64,000 nt of DNA from Candidatus Cloacimonadales bacterium (GCA_963678315.1 OY782781.1:1952001-2016000), one strand, 5' to 3'; shown: positions 28,498 to 39,206, numbered from the stretch's first letter. Program-made: numbers and translations. Notes: generated by a model not told the origin, from the sequence alone.

Positions 28498-29662
28498 TGA
28501 ATCCCATATCTATGCAATTTGGGAAAAGCAAGCACTTAATCATGATTTATATACCAAAGATGGCAAGCAGTTAAGAATTATCTATCCAGGATATAGAAAT
28601 TCTGATAAAGGACCAGATTTTATAAGTGCTAAAATTCTAATTGATGGATCTGAAATACAGGGGGATGTAGAAATACATACAAAAACTTCTGACTGGTCAA
28701 AGCATGGACATTCTAACAACTCAGATTATGATAATGTAGTTTTGCATGCTGTCTGGAAACATGATGATAGCATAATTGTGAATAGTAAGGGTAAAGAACT
28801 AGATACCCTAGTAATGTCTGAATTCATATCAAAAGCAGAACTTAGAGAAGGGAAAAGTGGTCAAGTGTGTGTCTTGTTTGCAGGCTTAAGTTCTTTACAA
28901 GTAAATCATATACTTCTTAATTTTGGTAATCTACGGATGAAATCAAAAGGCTATTTATATGATTCGGTACAATCAAATCTACATTATGTGATTTTCTTCA
29001 GACAATTAGCAAAGATTCTTGGTGCACCTAACAATAAAAATAGCATGAGAACATTCTTAGGACTGATAAACTCAAATATCTACTATGAAAAAAAGAAAAC
29101 ATTTGAAGATTTAGCCAAAACTTGCGGTTTAAATGATCCAGAAAGTACCATGTGGAAAAGGTTTAGAGTTAGACCTTCAGCGTCAATTGCAAGAAAAGCA
29201 GAATTCCTATATTATTTAGTAGATAGACATTATAATGCTGCTTATCTAGATAAACTTCTTATGGTATTTCAAAATACTTCTTCTTACCATGAATTCGAAA
29301 AGAGTATAGTTTCTTCTTTATTAAAAGTGGACTCTAAGATTGATATAGGACTAAGTCTAAAGAAAATATTGATATTTAATTGTTACCTACCCTACTTATT
29401 ATTTTACTACAAGAGCTTGGATGATAAAAAACACCTTGCCAAAATTAAAACTTATATTAATAATTTCCCGAAATTGAGTATGAATAGAATTACTAAGCTT
29501 ATGTTAGCTAATTTTAGTGATTACCAGCTAGCGAGAATACCAGAAAATGAAGTTTATTATCAAGGAATGCACTACCTATTTAACGAACACTGTAACACTC
29601 GAAATTGCACAGATTGTTATTCTCATAGAGATTTATTGAAGGTTGAAATAAATGAAGAATAA
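28481..29662 (+). CDS. DUF2851 family protein
   Basis: PG..N...GPDF..A.I.IDG....GDVEIH...SDW..HGH.....Y.NVVLH; C-terminal C-x4-C-x2-C. Confidence 0.8.
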   Translation: MTKKLNESHIYAIWEKQALNHDLYTKDGKQLRIIYPGYRNSDKGPDFISAKILIDGSEIQGDVEIHTKTSDWSKHGHSNNSDYDNVVLHAVWKHDDSIIVNSKGKELDTLVMSEFISKAELREGKSGQVCVLFAGLSSLQVNHILLNFGNLRMKSKGYLYDSVQSNLHYVIFFRQLAKILGAPNNKNSMRTFLGLINSNIYYEKKKTFEDLAKTCGLNDPESTMWKRFRVRPSASIARKAEFLYYLVDRHYNAAYLDKLLMVFQNTSSYHEFEKSIVSSLLKVDSKIDIGLSLKKILIFNCYLPYLLFYYKSLDDKKHLAKIKTYINNFPKLSMNRITKLMLANFSDYQLARIPENEVYYQGMHYLFNEHCNTRNCTDCYSHRDLLKVEINEE

Positions 29663-32600
29663 ATTGAATTCTAGTAAGAAAAATGAATTAGTTGATGTAT
29701 TAACGCGATTCTATGTACATATTATTAGGTCTGATACGGAAATCAAGAAGAATGAAATAGATATTTTATATCCATTACTACTTAATCTTTTTAAAGATCT
29801 TTCTATCTCATGGGAAGTCTATATTAAAGAGATAATGAATGAAGATTATGACATAAAAAATGTAGTTTCTATGCTAAATCATAATCTTAATACTTTTGAT
29901 AAGGTTAGGGTTATAATTACAATGATAATTATGGCTTTTTCAGATGATGATTTTGAAATATATGAAATATCTTCTATTCAGGCGATTGTCAAAGAGTTCA
30001 AACTAGAAATTTCTGGTTTTATGGACCTTATGAGAAACTTGGAAATGAATATAACAAATCCAGTTAGAGTAAGTAAGGTCTCTTCAGTATTTCAGATAGA
30101 AAATTCATTATTTACTGATTTTTTAGCTGTTGGTAAATCTGATAAGTGCAATCTGAGGTTTAAAGATCCATCACTGTCAAACATAGAATATGTCCAGTTT
30201 GTAATTAATGACAACTTGTTTATCATTACAGGCTCAAAGCCTACTTTTAAGCTTAACGGTAATGAAGTTAGAGCAAACTATATTTATTTCCTTCCTAACA
30301 ATAGTATTATCGATATCAAGAAGAGTAGATTTTCATACAGTTTCATGAAGAAGCTTCAAGAAAACATTGATAAAAAAGATACAATCAAGTTTTCTAAGAA
30401 CGATTATGAATTCAATTTAAAAAGCAAAGGTAATGATTACTCAATTGTAGTAAAAAGGGGCTATGTATACAAGAATGGCAAATCCCTATCTCCGAATAAA
30501 GAAGTGCCTATATTCTGGGATGATAAGTTAAGAATAAAGGGTTATGCTGCTTTCCAGTTAACAGATGTAGTGGAAGAAAAGGAAAGAATCGGTATTGACG
30601 ATATTGTTCCCGATATAATCTATTTACAAGCTGAGAATAGTTTTTATCACATCTCTAAATATGAAACCAAACATACCATTGCCCAAGTAGAGAATCGCAA
30701 CAATGAACATTTCTTTATTCCGAAGAACAAAAGTTTTGATTTCTTAGTTAATAACAAGCTGTTAGAGAATGAAACTAAAATAGTTCTTAACGATGATATA
30801 TTATCAATCATAAGTAGAAAAGGTAAGAAGTTACCAGGTAACTTAACAGACGAGAAGAAAGCTAATCAAATAAAAGCTAGGGTCAAGAATCAGTTTAGAG
30901 GTTCCAAGAAATTCAATTTTAGGATAAACAACTTTTTTGAGCTTGTTGAAGTACCATTTGAAATCAACAATATCGAAGTAACTGCAGTTAAGCACTTCCA
31001 CGATGATAATAACATAGGGCTAGATAATATTTCCTTTACTGCAAAGAAGGGTGAACTAATAGGAATTTTAGGACCTTCAGGTTGTGGTAAATCAACATTG
31101 CTAAAATCTATAGTTGCTGAATTTAGGCCAACACATGGAACTATTGATGTTGATGGGAAGTCTCTTTTTGATAATAGGTCTGAGCTAATGCAGTATTTCG
31201 GATATGTCCCACAAGAAGATATGATTTTCCCAAATCTAACTGTGTTTGAAAACATGTTTTTCTATGGACGTTTAAGGCTTCCTAATGTTCCTCATAACCA
31301 GCTTGTTTTAAAAATAGATAACATTCTAGGACAAGTAACTCTTTCACATAAAAGAAATAGCAAAGTTGGAGATGATTCCAACAAGATTCTTAGTGGTGGC
31401 CAAAGAAAACGTCTTAATATTGCATTAGAATTATTATTCGAGCCTATAGTACTTGTCTGTGATGAGCCTACTTCTGGTCTTTCATCTTTTGATGCTGAAC
31501 AGATTATCGAACTTCTTCATGAGCAAAGGAAACAAAATAGGATTGTTATCATCACTGTACATCAACCTAATTCTCTAATCTTTAGGAAGTTCTCAAAAGT
31601 TCTGCTTATGGATAATGGGGGAAAAGAGGTTTTTTTTGGAACTCCATCTGAATCATTCGCTTATTTCAAGGATGAACTAGATACATTAAAATATAGAAAA
31701 TCTATCATCGAACAGAAGTATAAAGAGATGAATCCAGATTTCTTCTATGATATGATTTTGTTCCCTGAATATGACAAATCTGGAAAGCTTAAGTTTGAAC
31801 AAGTGAACCAACAGGTTGTTACAAAACGTAAATTTACTCCTGAATATTGGCGAGATAAATACAAGAGAAAAGTTCTATTCCAGTTGATAAAGAAAGACGA
31901 AGAATATAACACTAATACCCATACTAATAGCAAGTACAAGAAGAAGATGACTTTTTATAACCGATCTGTTCAATTCTTTACTTATCTACACAGAAATCTT
32001 GCTAATAAAATGAGGAATAGAACTAACTTAACTGTTACTTTCTTGGAAGCACCATTACTAGCCTTGATAGTGTCTTATATTCTTAGGTTAGCTCCAACTG
32101 CTGACACTTATAGTTTCTATGAAAATTCTAACATTTCATTGTTCTTATTTGTGAATATCATAATCTTTATGTTCTTTGGTCTAACCAATAGTATCAACGA
32201 GTTCCTTGAAGAAAAGAAGTTTATCTTACGTGAGAAAGTTAGAAATATGAAAGTTACTCACTATCATGTATCTAAGTTTTGTGTATTAGCTTTATTTTCA
32301 GTTATACAAGCTATCTTATATTGTATAATATCATCGTTTATACTTGAAATTCATGGCTTCTTCTTGCTAAATATAATTTACTTATCAATTTCTGGTTTTA
32401 TTGGTATATCAATAGGATTACTGATTTCAACAATGATACATGATAATAAAAGTGTGATTAACATCTTACCGCTAATGCTTATCCCACAAATAATCTTTGC
32501 TGGAGCTGTAATTCAGTTTGATAAGATGAATAGAAATTTGACCTTACTTAAGAAGAGTCCTATTCCTGAGGTAGTTCAATTCATTCCTTCTAGATGGCTG

Positions 32601-32978
32601 TTTGAAGGTATGATTACTGGATACTCTACTGAGAATCTCAACACTAAGAAGTTAGCTGAAATAGATAAAAAGTTATTGACAAGAAATGCAAATAAATTAT
32701 CAGATATAGATAGACGTGATTTAAAGTATGAGCTTATCGAAGAAACCAACAAGCTCTATAAAATAGATAAATATACTAATAAAGACATTAATTTGATTGT
32801 TGATATGATGAAAGGTAAATTCTTGAATACTGATAAAAATGTCTTTCTGTCACCTAGAAAGAAAATTAGTTCTTTCAAGATAAAAACAGTTTATTTTAAC
32901 TTATTTATAGTTCTTTTCTATATAACATTAATTAATTTAATAGTTGGTATAAGGCTAAAATACTATTATAATGAATAA
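29652..32978 (+). CDS. Fused ABC transporter: TerB-like domain, FHA-like repeats, ABC ATPase and ABC-2 membrane domain
   Basis: N-terminal SD-x6-E repeats (TerB-like), VGKSDKCNL...LNG FHA-like segment, GPSGCGKST, LSGGQRKRLNIALEL, DEPTSGL, VHQP, 6-TM C-terminus with IPQIIFAG and PSRW. Confidence 0.8.
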   Translation: MKNKLNSSKKNELVDVLTRFYVHIIRSDTEIKKNEIDILYPLLLNLFKDLSISWEVYIKEIMNEDYDIKNVVSMLNHNLNTFDKVRVIITMIIMAFSDDDFEIYEISSIQAIVKEFKLEISGFMDLMRNLEMNITNPVRVSKVSSVFQIENSLFTDFLAVGKSDKCNLRFKDPSLSNIEYVQFVINDNLFIITGSKPTFKLNGNEVRANYIYFLPNNSIIDIKKSRFSYSFMKKLQENIDKKDTIKFSKNDYEFNLKSKGNDYSIVVKRGYVYKNGKSLSPNKEVPIFWDDKLRIKGYAAFQLTDVVEEKERIGIDDIVPDIIYLQAENSFYHISKYETKHTIAQVENRNNEHFFIPKNKSFDFLVNNKLLENETKIVLNDDILSIISRKGKKLPGNLTDEKKANQIKARVKNQFRGSKKFNFRINNFFELVEVPFEINNIEVTAVKHFHDDNNIGLDNISFTAKKGELIGILGPSGCGKSTLLKSIVAEFRPTHGTIDVDGKSLFDNRSELMQYFGYVPQEDMIFPNLTVFENMFFYGRLRLPNVPHNQLVLKIDNILGQVTLSHKRNSKVGDDSNKILSGGQRKRLNIALELLFEPIVLVCDEPTSGLSSFDAEQIIELLHEQRKQNRIVIITVHQPNSLIFRKFSKVLLMDNGGKEVFFGTPSESFAYFKDELDTLKYRKSIIEQKYKEMNPDFFYDMILFPEYDKSGKLKFEQVNQQVVTKRKFTPEYWRDKYKRKVLFQLIKKDEEYNTNTHTNSKYKKKMTFYNRSVQFFTYLHRNLANKMRNRTNLTVTFLEAPLLALIVSYILRLAPTADTYSFYENSNISLFLFVNIIIFMFFGLTNSINEFLEEKKFILREKVRNMKVTHYHVSKFCVLALFSVIQAILYCIISSFILEIHGFFLLNIIYLSISGFIGISIGLLISTMIHDNKSVINILPLMLIPQIIFAGAVIQFDKMNRNLTLLKKSPIPEVVQFIPSRWLFEGMITGYSTENLNTKKLAEIDKKLLTRNANKLSDIDRRDLKYELIEETNKLYKIDKYTNKDINLIVDMMKGKFLNTDKNVFLSPRKKISSFKIKTVYFNLFIVLFYITLINLIVGIRLKYYYNE

Positions 32979-33002
32979 AAAGATATATCAAAAGGAGATA
33001 TT

Positions 33003-33833
33003 ATGCGTAAAACTACTATCAGCATGCTATTTTTATTGCTTTCAATAGCTATTGTAGGATGTGGCGGAGACAAGAAGGGAACACCAGAAGCTGGAGCTTC
33101 AGAACAAGCTAACACTAATCAAGAAGTAAGTGTTGAATCTTCTATTAGAATGGATCCACTTCCTTTTAAAACTGTATTGGGTGGATTACAAGATGTTTCA
33201 AAAGAACTTGCTTATATGACACCTAAAGAAGCCTACAAAGTGGATGAGAATGTTTATAAACAAGCTTTTGCAATGGGGGTTATTAGTGCTGACGCTGTAA
33301 TGACTATCTCTTCTCGTGAAGAAGATAAATTAAAACAGTATACTGAATCATTAATTTACTACTCTAAGAATGTTGAACTTGGTGATGAGATATTAAAAAT
33401 GGCTGATGAGATTCAAACTACATTATCTAAAACAGATAGTAACAAATGGGATGAATTAGAAAAGTTAGTTCTTAAATACCAACATGAAGTAGAAAATACT
33501 TTCTATCAAAAAGGTTTGTTAGATCAGTTTACTCTTATGCAACTCGGTGGCTGGACAGAAGGACTTAACAAAATTACAGGTCTTTATCTTAATAATTGGG
33601 ATGAAAATGGTGTTAAGATTATTAACCAACAAGGTATTACTAATTCATTAATCAATAATTTAAATAGTATCAGATCAAAGAAAGTAAAAGAGCTAGATGT
33701 TTATGGTGTTTCAACTGAAGGCTACAAACATATTAAAGAACTTATTACTTTAACAGCAGAAAGAAAGAGCTATACTAAAGATGAAGTTAAGCAGATTAAT
33801 GAAATTACTAATAAGATTTTAAGTAGTTTATAG
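33003..33833 (+). CDS. Helical lipoprotein of unknown function
   Basis: AAGGAG RBS, lipobox IVGC, AFAMGVISADA and LGGWTEGL helices; 24 nt after the ABC gene. Confidence 0.75.
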   Translation: MRKTTISMLFLLLSIAIVGCGGDKKGTPEAGASEQANTNQEVSVESSIRMDPLPFKTVLGGLQDVSKELAYMTPKEAYKVDENVYKQAFAMGVISADAVMTISSREEDKLKQYTESLIYYSKNVELGDEILKMADEIQTTLSKTDSNKWDELEKLVLKYQHEVENTFYQKGLLDQFTLMQLGGWTEGLNKITGLYLNNWDENGVKIINQQGITNSLINNLNSIRSKKVKELDVYGVSTEGYKHIKELITLTAERKSYTKDEVKQINEITNKILSSL

Positions 33834-33851
33834 AAATAGATTTAAACATGT

Positions 33852-33879
33852 AAAAAGGAGCTTAAATAAGCTCCTTTTT
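33852..33879. terminator. Bidirectional intrinsic terminator
   Basis: AAAAAGGAGCTTA-aa-TAAGCTCCTTTTT between convergent genes. Confidence 0.85.
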
Positions 33880-33952
33880 CATGTCATAGACAAAAGTTAT
33901 AATGTTGAGAGCTCATTTTATAAAGTACAAATTAATTTGCTTTTTTATAGAT

Positions 33953-34033
33953 TCGACATATCTTAGCTAAATCTTTCACTCTCGGAGTATTACAATACAC
34001 CTTCGGCAAAAGATTCACCTAAGCTATTGTCGA
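33953..34033. other. Structured intergenic inverted-repeat element (REP-like or ncRNA)
   Basis: Nested stems TCGACA/TGTCGA, CTTAG/CTAAG, AATCTTT/AAAGATT and GTATT/AATAC. Confidence 0.5.
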
Positions 34034-34082
34034 TTTATTTTTGTAAAAATAAAGCAAAAACAAAGAGCCTTGACTTCAAACT

Positions 34083-35429
34083 TTATATGTTAGTTATTTT
34101 TGCTATTGTATCTTCTGCAATTTCTTTGGATCTTTCAGTAGATGGTGATTCCACATAAACCCTAATAATTGGTTCTGTACCAGACTTTCTAATGTGAATC
34201 CAATGATCATCTGCTATGATTTTAAGACCATCTTGCAAGTCTTTTTCATAATCTGCAAATATCTTGTGAGCATTTTCAATGATAGGGTCAAGAAGCTCAG
34301 CTTTAGTTTCAATTTTAGCTTTATGGAAGTAATAGTGAGGAATATCTGCTACAATCTCAGATAAAGGTCTGTTTTCCTTTGCTAGAAGTCCAAGAATTAC
34401 AGCCATACCTGCTGGTGCATCTCTAGTATAATGAACCTCTGGAACAATAATTCCACCATTACCTTCTCCGCCGATTGGAGATTTAATTTCTTTCATTTTC
34501 TTTCCAACGTTAATTTCGCCTACTTTAGTTCTATGGACATTAACACCATATTCCTTAGCTATATCATCTGAAGCCATTGAGGAAGAAAGATTAAGTACAA
34601 TATCACCTTTATTTATTGAAAGAACAAACTTTTCAGCTAATAGAAGTGAGAATTCTTCACCAATGTAGTCACCATTATTATCAACTATAGCTAATCTATC
34701 AACATCAGGGTCAGTAGCAAAACCTATATCTGCTTTATGCTCTTTAACTACTTTACACAAGTCTGTAAGATTTTCTTTTAAAGGTTCTGCAACATGGGCA
34801 AAGTGACCAGTTGGAGCAGTGTTCATTTCTATTACTTCACAGCCTAATTCTGAAAGCATAGCAGGGGATATTACTCCTCCAGCACCATTAACTGAATCAA
34901 TAACAACTTTGAATTTCTTTGCACGAATTTCTTCAATATTTAAGTAAGGAATTGCTAAAACTTTTTCAATATGTCTAAGAGTAGCATCAAAATCTTCATA
35001 TAGTTTTCCCATCTTATCCCAAGCAGCATATTCTACAGGACTGTTTAAAGACTCTTTATAAGCTAATGCTTTTTCAGGGAAGAAGAACATACCATTCGCA
35101 TCAACTAGTTTCATAGCATTCCAGTTTTGTGGATTATGAGAAGCAGTAATTGAAAGACCACCAGAAGCATTTGATTCTTCAACTGCTAACAAGGTAGTAG
35201 GTGTAGCAACAATACCGAGGTTTACTACATCGCAACCAACAGATAACAAGCCAGCTACAATTGCATGAAACATTGCTTCACCGGTTGTACGTGAATCTCT
35301 TCCAACAATAATTTTACCTCTATTACAGGCAATACCAAACTTAGCAGCAAACTTCACTGCTTGGTCGGGTGTTAAGCTCTCTCCATAAATTCCTCTGATA
35401 CCGGAAACACTTATCATTAATTTACTCAT
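34083..35429 (-). CDS. Phosphoglucosamine mutase / phosphomannomutase family phosphohexomutase
   Basis: SVSGIRG, GRDSR, ITASHNP, DPDVDR, GGEGNGG, RKSGTEP. Confidence 0.92.
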   Translation of the reverse strand: MSKLMISVSGIRGIYGESLTPDQAVKFAAKFGIACNRGKIIVGRDSRTTGEAMFHAIVAGLLSVGCDVVNLGIVATPTTLLAVEESNASGGLSITASHNPQNWNAMKLVDANGMFFFPEKALAYKESLNSPVEYAAWDKMGKLYEDFDATLRHIEKVLAIPYLNIEEIRAKKFKVVIDSVNGAGGVISPAMLSELGCEVIEMNTAPTGHFAHVAEPLKENLTDLCKVVKEHKADIGFATDPDVDRLAIVDNNGDYIGEEFSLLLAEKFVLSINKGDIVLNLSSSMASDDIAKEYGVNVHRTKVGEINVGKKMKEIKSPIGGEGNGGIIVPEVHYTRDAPAGMAVILGLLAKENRPLSEIVADIPHYYFHKAKIETKAELLDPIIENAHKIFADYEKDLQDGLKIIADDHWIHIRKSGTEPIIRVYVESPSTERSKEIAEDTIAKITNI

Positions 35430-35494
35430 AATATTATCCTTGTTGTTTACTATTTATTGGAACTCTAGCTATTATCTGGTTAAACCAAATAATT

Positions 35495-35521
35495 AAAAAA
35501 AGCCGATGATTTCATCGGCTT
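35495..35521 (-). terminator. Intrinsic terminator after the ppiD-like gene
   Basis: On the minus strand AAGCCGATG-aaat-CATCGGCTT followed by a T-run. Confidence 0.8.
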
Positions 35522-35534
35522 AAGTTATAATTAA

Positions 35535-37859
35535 CTATTCAACTGGCATGAATCGTTTATCGACAATCTTAGCTTGCTTTAGCTGTTCAGCATACCATTT
35601 GTTGAATTCTGAATTTTTCTCATTCTCAACTTTCTTTGCAAAGTCATCTTCTTTAGTTTCATTGAATTTTTCCATATCTGGTTTTTCTTCACTTATAACT
35701 TTCAAGATGAAGTTACCTTGTTCAGTTTTGTTTAATCCTGTAAGTTTGTTCATAGGAGCATCAAACAGTATTTTGATAGCTTCTTCTGAATTACTAATTG
35801 GTGATAGATATTTAGAAGCTTTGTTAATATTCTTTGCTTCATTAACAGCCATTTGAATGTCTGCAACTACACCTTTATCAGAATTTGATAAAGTAACTAG
35901 GTAGTTTGTACCTTTTGCTTTTACAAGAGTTAAACCTTCTTTTTGACCTTTCTTTGCTAAGTTGTAATCAGCTTTAACAATATCAGTATCAGTTTCACCA
36001 TTAGGGAAAGTTGTATTTTCAATTTCATTAAAGAATATTTTAACTTTTACAGTGTCTAAAGAGCTAGATGCAAGTAATGAATCAGTAATCAAATGTTGAT
36101 AATCTGAAACATTATATTTAGCATTAAAGCTATCTAAGAATTTGTTTGCTTTTGCAATCTTCACATCTTTTTCTAGTTCTCTTCTGATAGTTTTTTCTAA
36201 GTCTTCATTTAAAGCTTTAAATGTACTTTCTTCTTTATCTGTAATCATTACAACAGCATAGTTACCTTCTTTATCTCTTAGAAGATTTGATATACTATTA
36301 ACATCATTTTCTTTCATAAAAGATGTGAAACTATAGTTTGTATAAGAAGTTGCGTAAAAAGCTAATTTGTCAAAGTTACTTGAACCACGACTTGAGAAGT
36401 CTGAACCATCAGCTGCTACAAAATCAGATTCTTCAATAACTGCACCTTTTTCAGCTGCGAGTTCATCAAAATTACCATGTTTAGCTTCAGTTGCAAATTC
36501 TTGCGCTGAAGTTTTGATATTCATAATTGTCTCATTACTTAATGTTGGTTTAATAAGAATATGTCTTGCTTTTAATTCTTCTTCACCTTCAGTTCCATCT
36601 TCATTTTCTTTATTTCTTCTATCATCAAGTTTAATGATGTGATAACCGAAATCTGTTTCGAAAGGTTCTGAAATCTCACCTTTTTTAAGAGCAAAAGCTA
36701 CTTCATCAAATTCTGGAACCATTCTACCACGAGCAAACCAGCCTAATAATCCACCACGACTTCCTGAACCTGGATCTTCTGAATATTGTTTTGCAAGTTC
36801 TGCGAATGAGTTTGGATCATCTTTTACATCATTATAAATATCAGTTAGCTTATCTAAAGCAGCTTGTTTGTCAGCTTCACTCATTTTTACTTCAAATCTA
36901 GCCATTTTAACTTTTACAGCATTTTCAATACTGTATTTATCAGACTTGTGTTCATTGTAATAATTAGTAATATCTTCAGAAGTTACTTCTAAAGAATCAA
37001 CTTTAAATCTGTAAGAAGGCATTGCTATTACTTTAGCAGATCTCTTACTATTTTTCTTAACATAATCTTCTTCAAATTCTTCAATTGTGCTTAATGAATC
37101 AGCTGATACTAAGTCCATAAGCTTTTTATATTTTAATTGTTGATAAGCACTTTCTTTAAAATCAGTAGGAGTCTGACCTGTTTGTTTGAAATAAACTTCT
37201 AACATATCTTCTTTTAATGCACCATTTTCATCGTATAAGAAAGGATATCTTTCTACAACAAAATCATTGTACTCATCTTTAGAAACATCTATATCGTTAG
37301 AATCTATAGCATCTTCAATAATCATTTTACCAATATAATCAACCCATGTTCTATCTTCTAATTGTAGCTTTTCTGCTTCTGTAATTGAACCAGTTTGCTT
37401 ATAATTATCATAGTTGATATTATATTGTTTTAAAGAATTCTTAAGACTTGTGATTTGATCTTCCATCTGAGTCTTAGTGTCTGCATTCTTTTGAACAGTA
37501 CTTTCTAAATATTCGATTTCTTCGTCTATTTCTGCAACTCTTAATGAGTCAGATTTAATCATAGACTTTTCTCTTTTCAATTTTCTGATTTCAGTATTAA
37601 GCTCTCTGTTTTCTGTATCATAGCTTTTTGACTGAACTTCACCTTGATTAATGTTACTTAACATTGCAGTTACATTATTGAAAGATGATTGTAATTGATT
37701 GTTATAATCAATTAAATCAACTTGATCCCCGTTAACTTTCCCTGCATTAGGGTTGCTTTTGAAGAGACTCATAATCCCAACAGGCACCATACCTAATACA
37801 AACACAATAGCGACAGCATAAATAATAAATTTTTGATTCTTTCTCATATCTTCAAGCAT
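35535..37859 (-). CDS. PpiD/SurA-like periplasmic parvulin peptidyl-prolyl isomerase
   Basis: MLEDMR plus TM anchor, [49 protein letters not shown]. Confidence 0.85.
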   Translation of the reverse strand: MLEDMRKNQKFIIYAVAIVFVLGMVPVGIMSLFKSNPNAGKVNGDQVDLIDYNNQLQSSFNNVTAMLSNINQGEVQSKSYDTENRELNTEIRKLKREKSMIKSDSLRVAEIDEEIEYLESTVQKNADTKTQMEDQITSLKNSLKQYNINYDNYKQTGSITEAEKLQLEDRTWVDYIGKMIIEDAIDSNDIDVSKDEYNDFVVERYPFLYDENGALKEDMLEVYFKQTGQTPTDFKESAYQQLKYKKLMDLVSADSLSTIEEFEEDYVKKNSKRSAKVIAMPSYRFKVDSLEVTSEDITNYYNEHKSDKYSIENAVKVKMARFEVKMSEADKQAALDKLTDIYNDVKDDPNSFAELAKQYSEDPGSGSRGGLLGWFARGRMVPEFDEVAFALKKGEISEPFETDFGYHIIKLDDRRNKENEDGTEGEEELKARHILIKPTLSNETIMNIKTSAQEFATEAKHGNFDELAAEKGAVIEESDFVAADGSDFSSRGSSNFDKLAFYATSYTNYSFTSFMKENDVNSISNLLRDKEGNYAVVMITDKEESTFKALNEDLEKTIRRELEKDVKIAKANKFLDSFNAKYNVSDYQHLITDSLLASSSLDTVKVKIFFNEIENTTFPNGETDTDIVKADYNLAKKGQKEGLTLVKAKGTNYLVTLSNSDKGVVADIQMAVNEAKNINKASKYLSPISNSEEAIKILFDAPMNKLTGLNKTEQGNFILKVISEEKPDMEKFNETKEDDFAKKVENEKNSEFNKWYAEQLKQAKIVDKRFMPVE

Positions 37860-38178
37860 TATGACTCCTTTCTATGCTTAAACTTAATTTTTTTATATTT
37901 TTCCATATTATGGCAATTTCTTATATACAAGTAAAATGTTCAAGTAATTTTTTTAGAAAAAATAGTGTTGAATATCTAACGTACTATATATGAATACTTT
38001 AAAAAGCTATGTTTAAATAGGGGCTGGAATACATGTTAGCTTTAAGTCCTAATATGACATAAACTTTCAAAACAAATTTCATTTATTTTACTTCTAGAAA
38101 CAAATAATATATTAGCATTTTTATTGCTACTATATCCCTTTCTTTGCTAAGCAAGATAAGTAATGTTTATAATGTCGT

Positions 38179-38684
38179 CCTTACTCCCCTCCTTGAAAAA
38201 AAGCCGATTTTTCAAGGAGACCAGTAAGGATGGAGTTAGGAGTGAGGAGTTAGGAGTTAGGAGTTAGAAGTGAGGAGTTAGGAGTTAGAAGTGAGGAGTT
38301 AGGAGTTAGAAGTGAGGAGTTAGGAGTTAGGAGTTAGGAGTTAGTGAAGAATTGAGGAGATGCTATCCATAAAAACCCCGAAGGGGTGGCATATACTAAG
38401 CATGGAGGCTTGCCCTCCATGTAATAGTTAAAAAATAAAAAAAGCCCTGAAAGGGCGACATAAAGGCTAAGCTTTATCTGCAAACAGAGAAGTTTACCAC
38501 GAAAAGCACGAATAACACGAAAAACAGTCAAATTATTTAGGACTGGACAACTGGGAATTACGAGCTTCCACTGGCTTCACTTAGAACATAGTGATAAGTG
38601 AATTTGTAGAGACTTATTGAAACCTCTCTCATGCATTGTCCTAAAAGGACATATCTCTTCAGAGCCCGTGATTTCAATCGTGGG
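38179..38684 (+). repeat. Mosaic intergenic repeat element, copy 2
   Basis: Hairpin A (38179-38229), heptamer array, REP-like palindromes (38375-38456), CACGAA nonamers (38498-38524), core B (38550-38613) and palindromic module (38638-38684). Confidence 0.85.
38233..38344 (+). repeat. Heptamer tandem repeat, 16 units of GAGTTAG with variants GAGTGAG/AAGTGAG
   Basis: Counted directly; includes a 21-bp higher-order unit (GAGTTAG GAGTTAG AAGTGAG) three times. Confidence 0.95.
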
Positions 38685-38936
38685 GATGTTTGGAATTGAT
38701 AATGTTAGTGATCAGATCAAATCCTGGAATCACGGCAGTAGTAGCTTTTCCTAGATTAAGTCAATGTTTTTAATGGTGATGAGCTGATAATTAAATTGAA
38801 TTCTGATGTCCAAGTTAACAAAAGAAAATAATCTGATGAAGATAATAAATATTTTCCTTTACAAATAAAAGCATCAATTGTTTTTTGAACGTGTTACGTA
38901 ACGTAATGAAAAAATTAATATGATTAGGAGGCTGAA

Positions 38937-39206
38937 ATGGCTTTAAAAAAAGAAGCTAAATTGGCTGTCATGGCAGAGTATAAACTCCATGATTTAGATA
39001 CTGGTTCACCTGAAGTACAAATTGCCTTAATGTCAAACAGAATTAAGGAATTAACAGAGCACTTAAAAGTTCACAAGAAAGACTTTTCTTCTAGACGTGG
39101 TCTATTGATGATCATTGGTAAAAGAAGAAGATTACTTAACTATTTAATTAAAATTGATATTGAAAGATATCGTAGAATAATTAAAGCTTTAGGTATCAGA
39201 AAATAA
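38937..39206 (+). CDS. rpsO: 30S ribosomal protein S15
   Basis: [36 protein letters not shown]. Confidence 0.99.
   Translation: MALKKEAKLAVMAEYKLHDLDTGSPEVQIALMSNRIKELTEHLKVHKKDFSSRRGLLMIIGKRRRLLNYLIKIDIERYRRIIKALGIRK

Noticed and set aside
35495..35521. AAAAAAAGCCGAT shared with the loop of hairpin A
   Set aside because: Here it is part of an ordinary terminator stem and the hairpin A arms are absent; probably coincidence
38334..38531. 65-aa minus-strand ORF
   Set aside because: It lies wholly within palindromic and tandem repeats, with no RBS or recognisable domain; probably spurious
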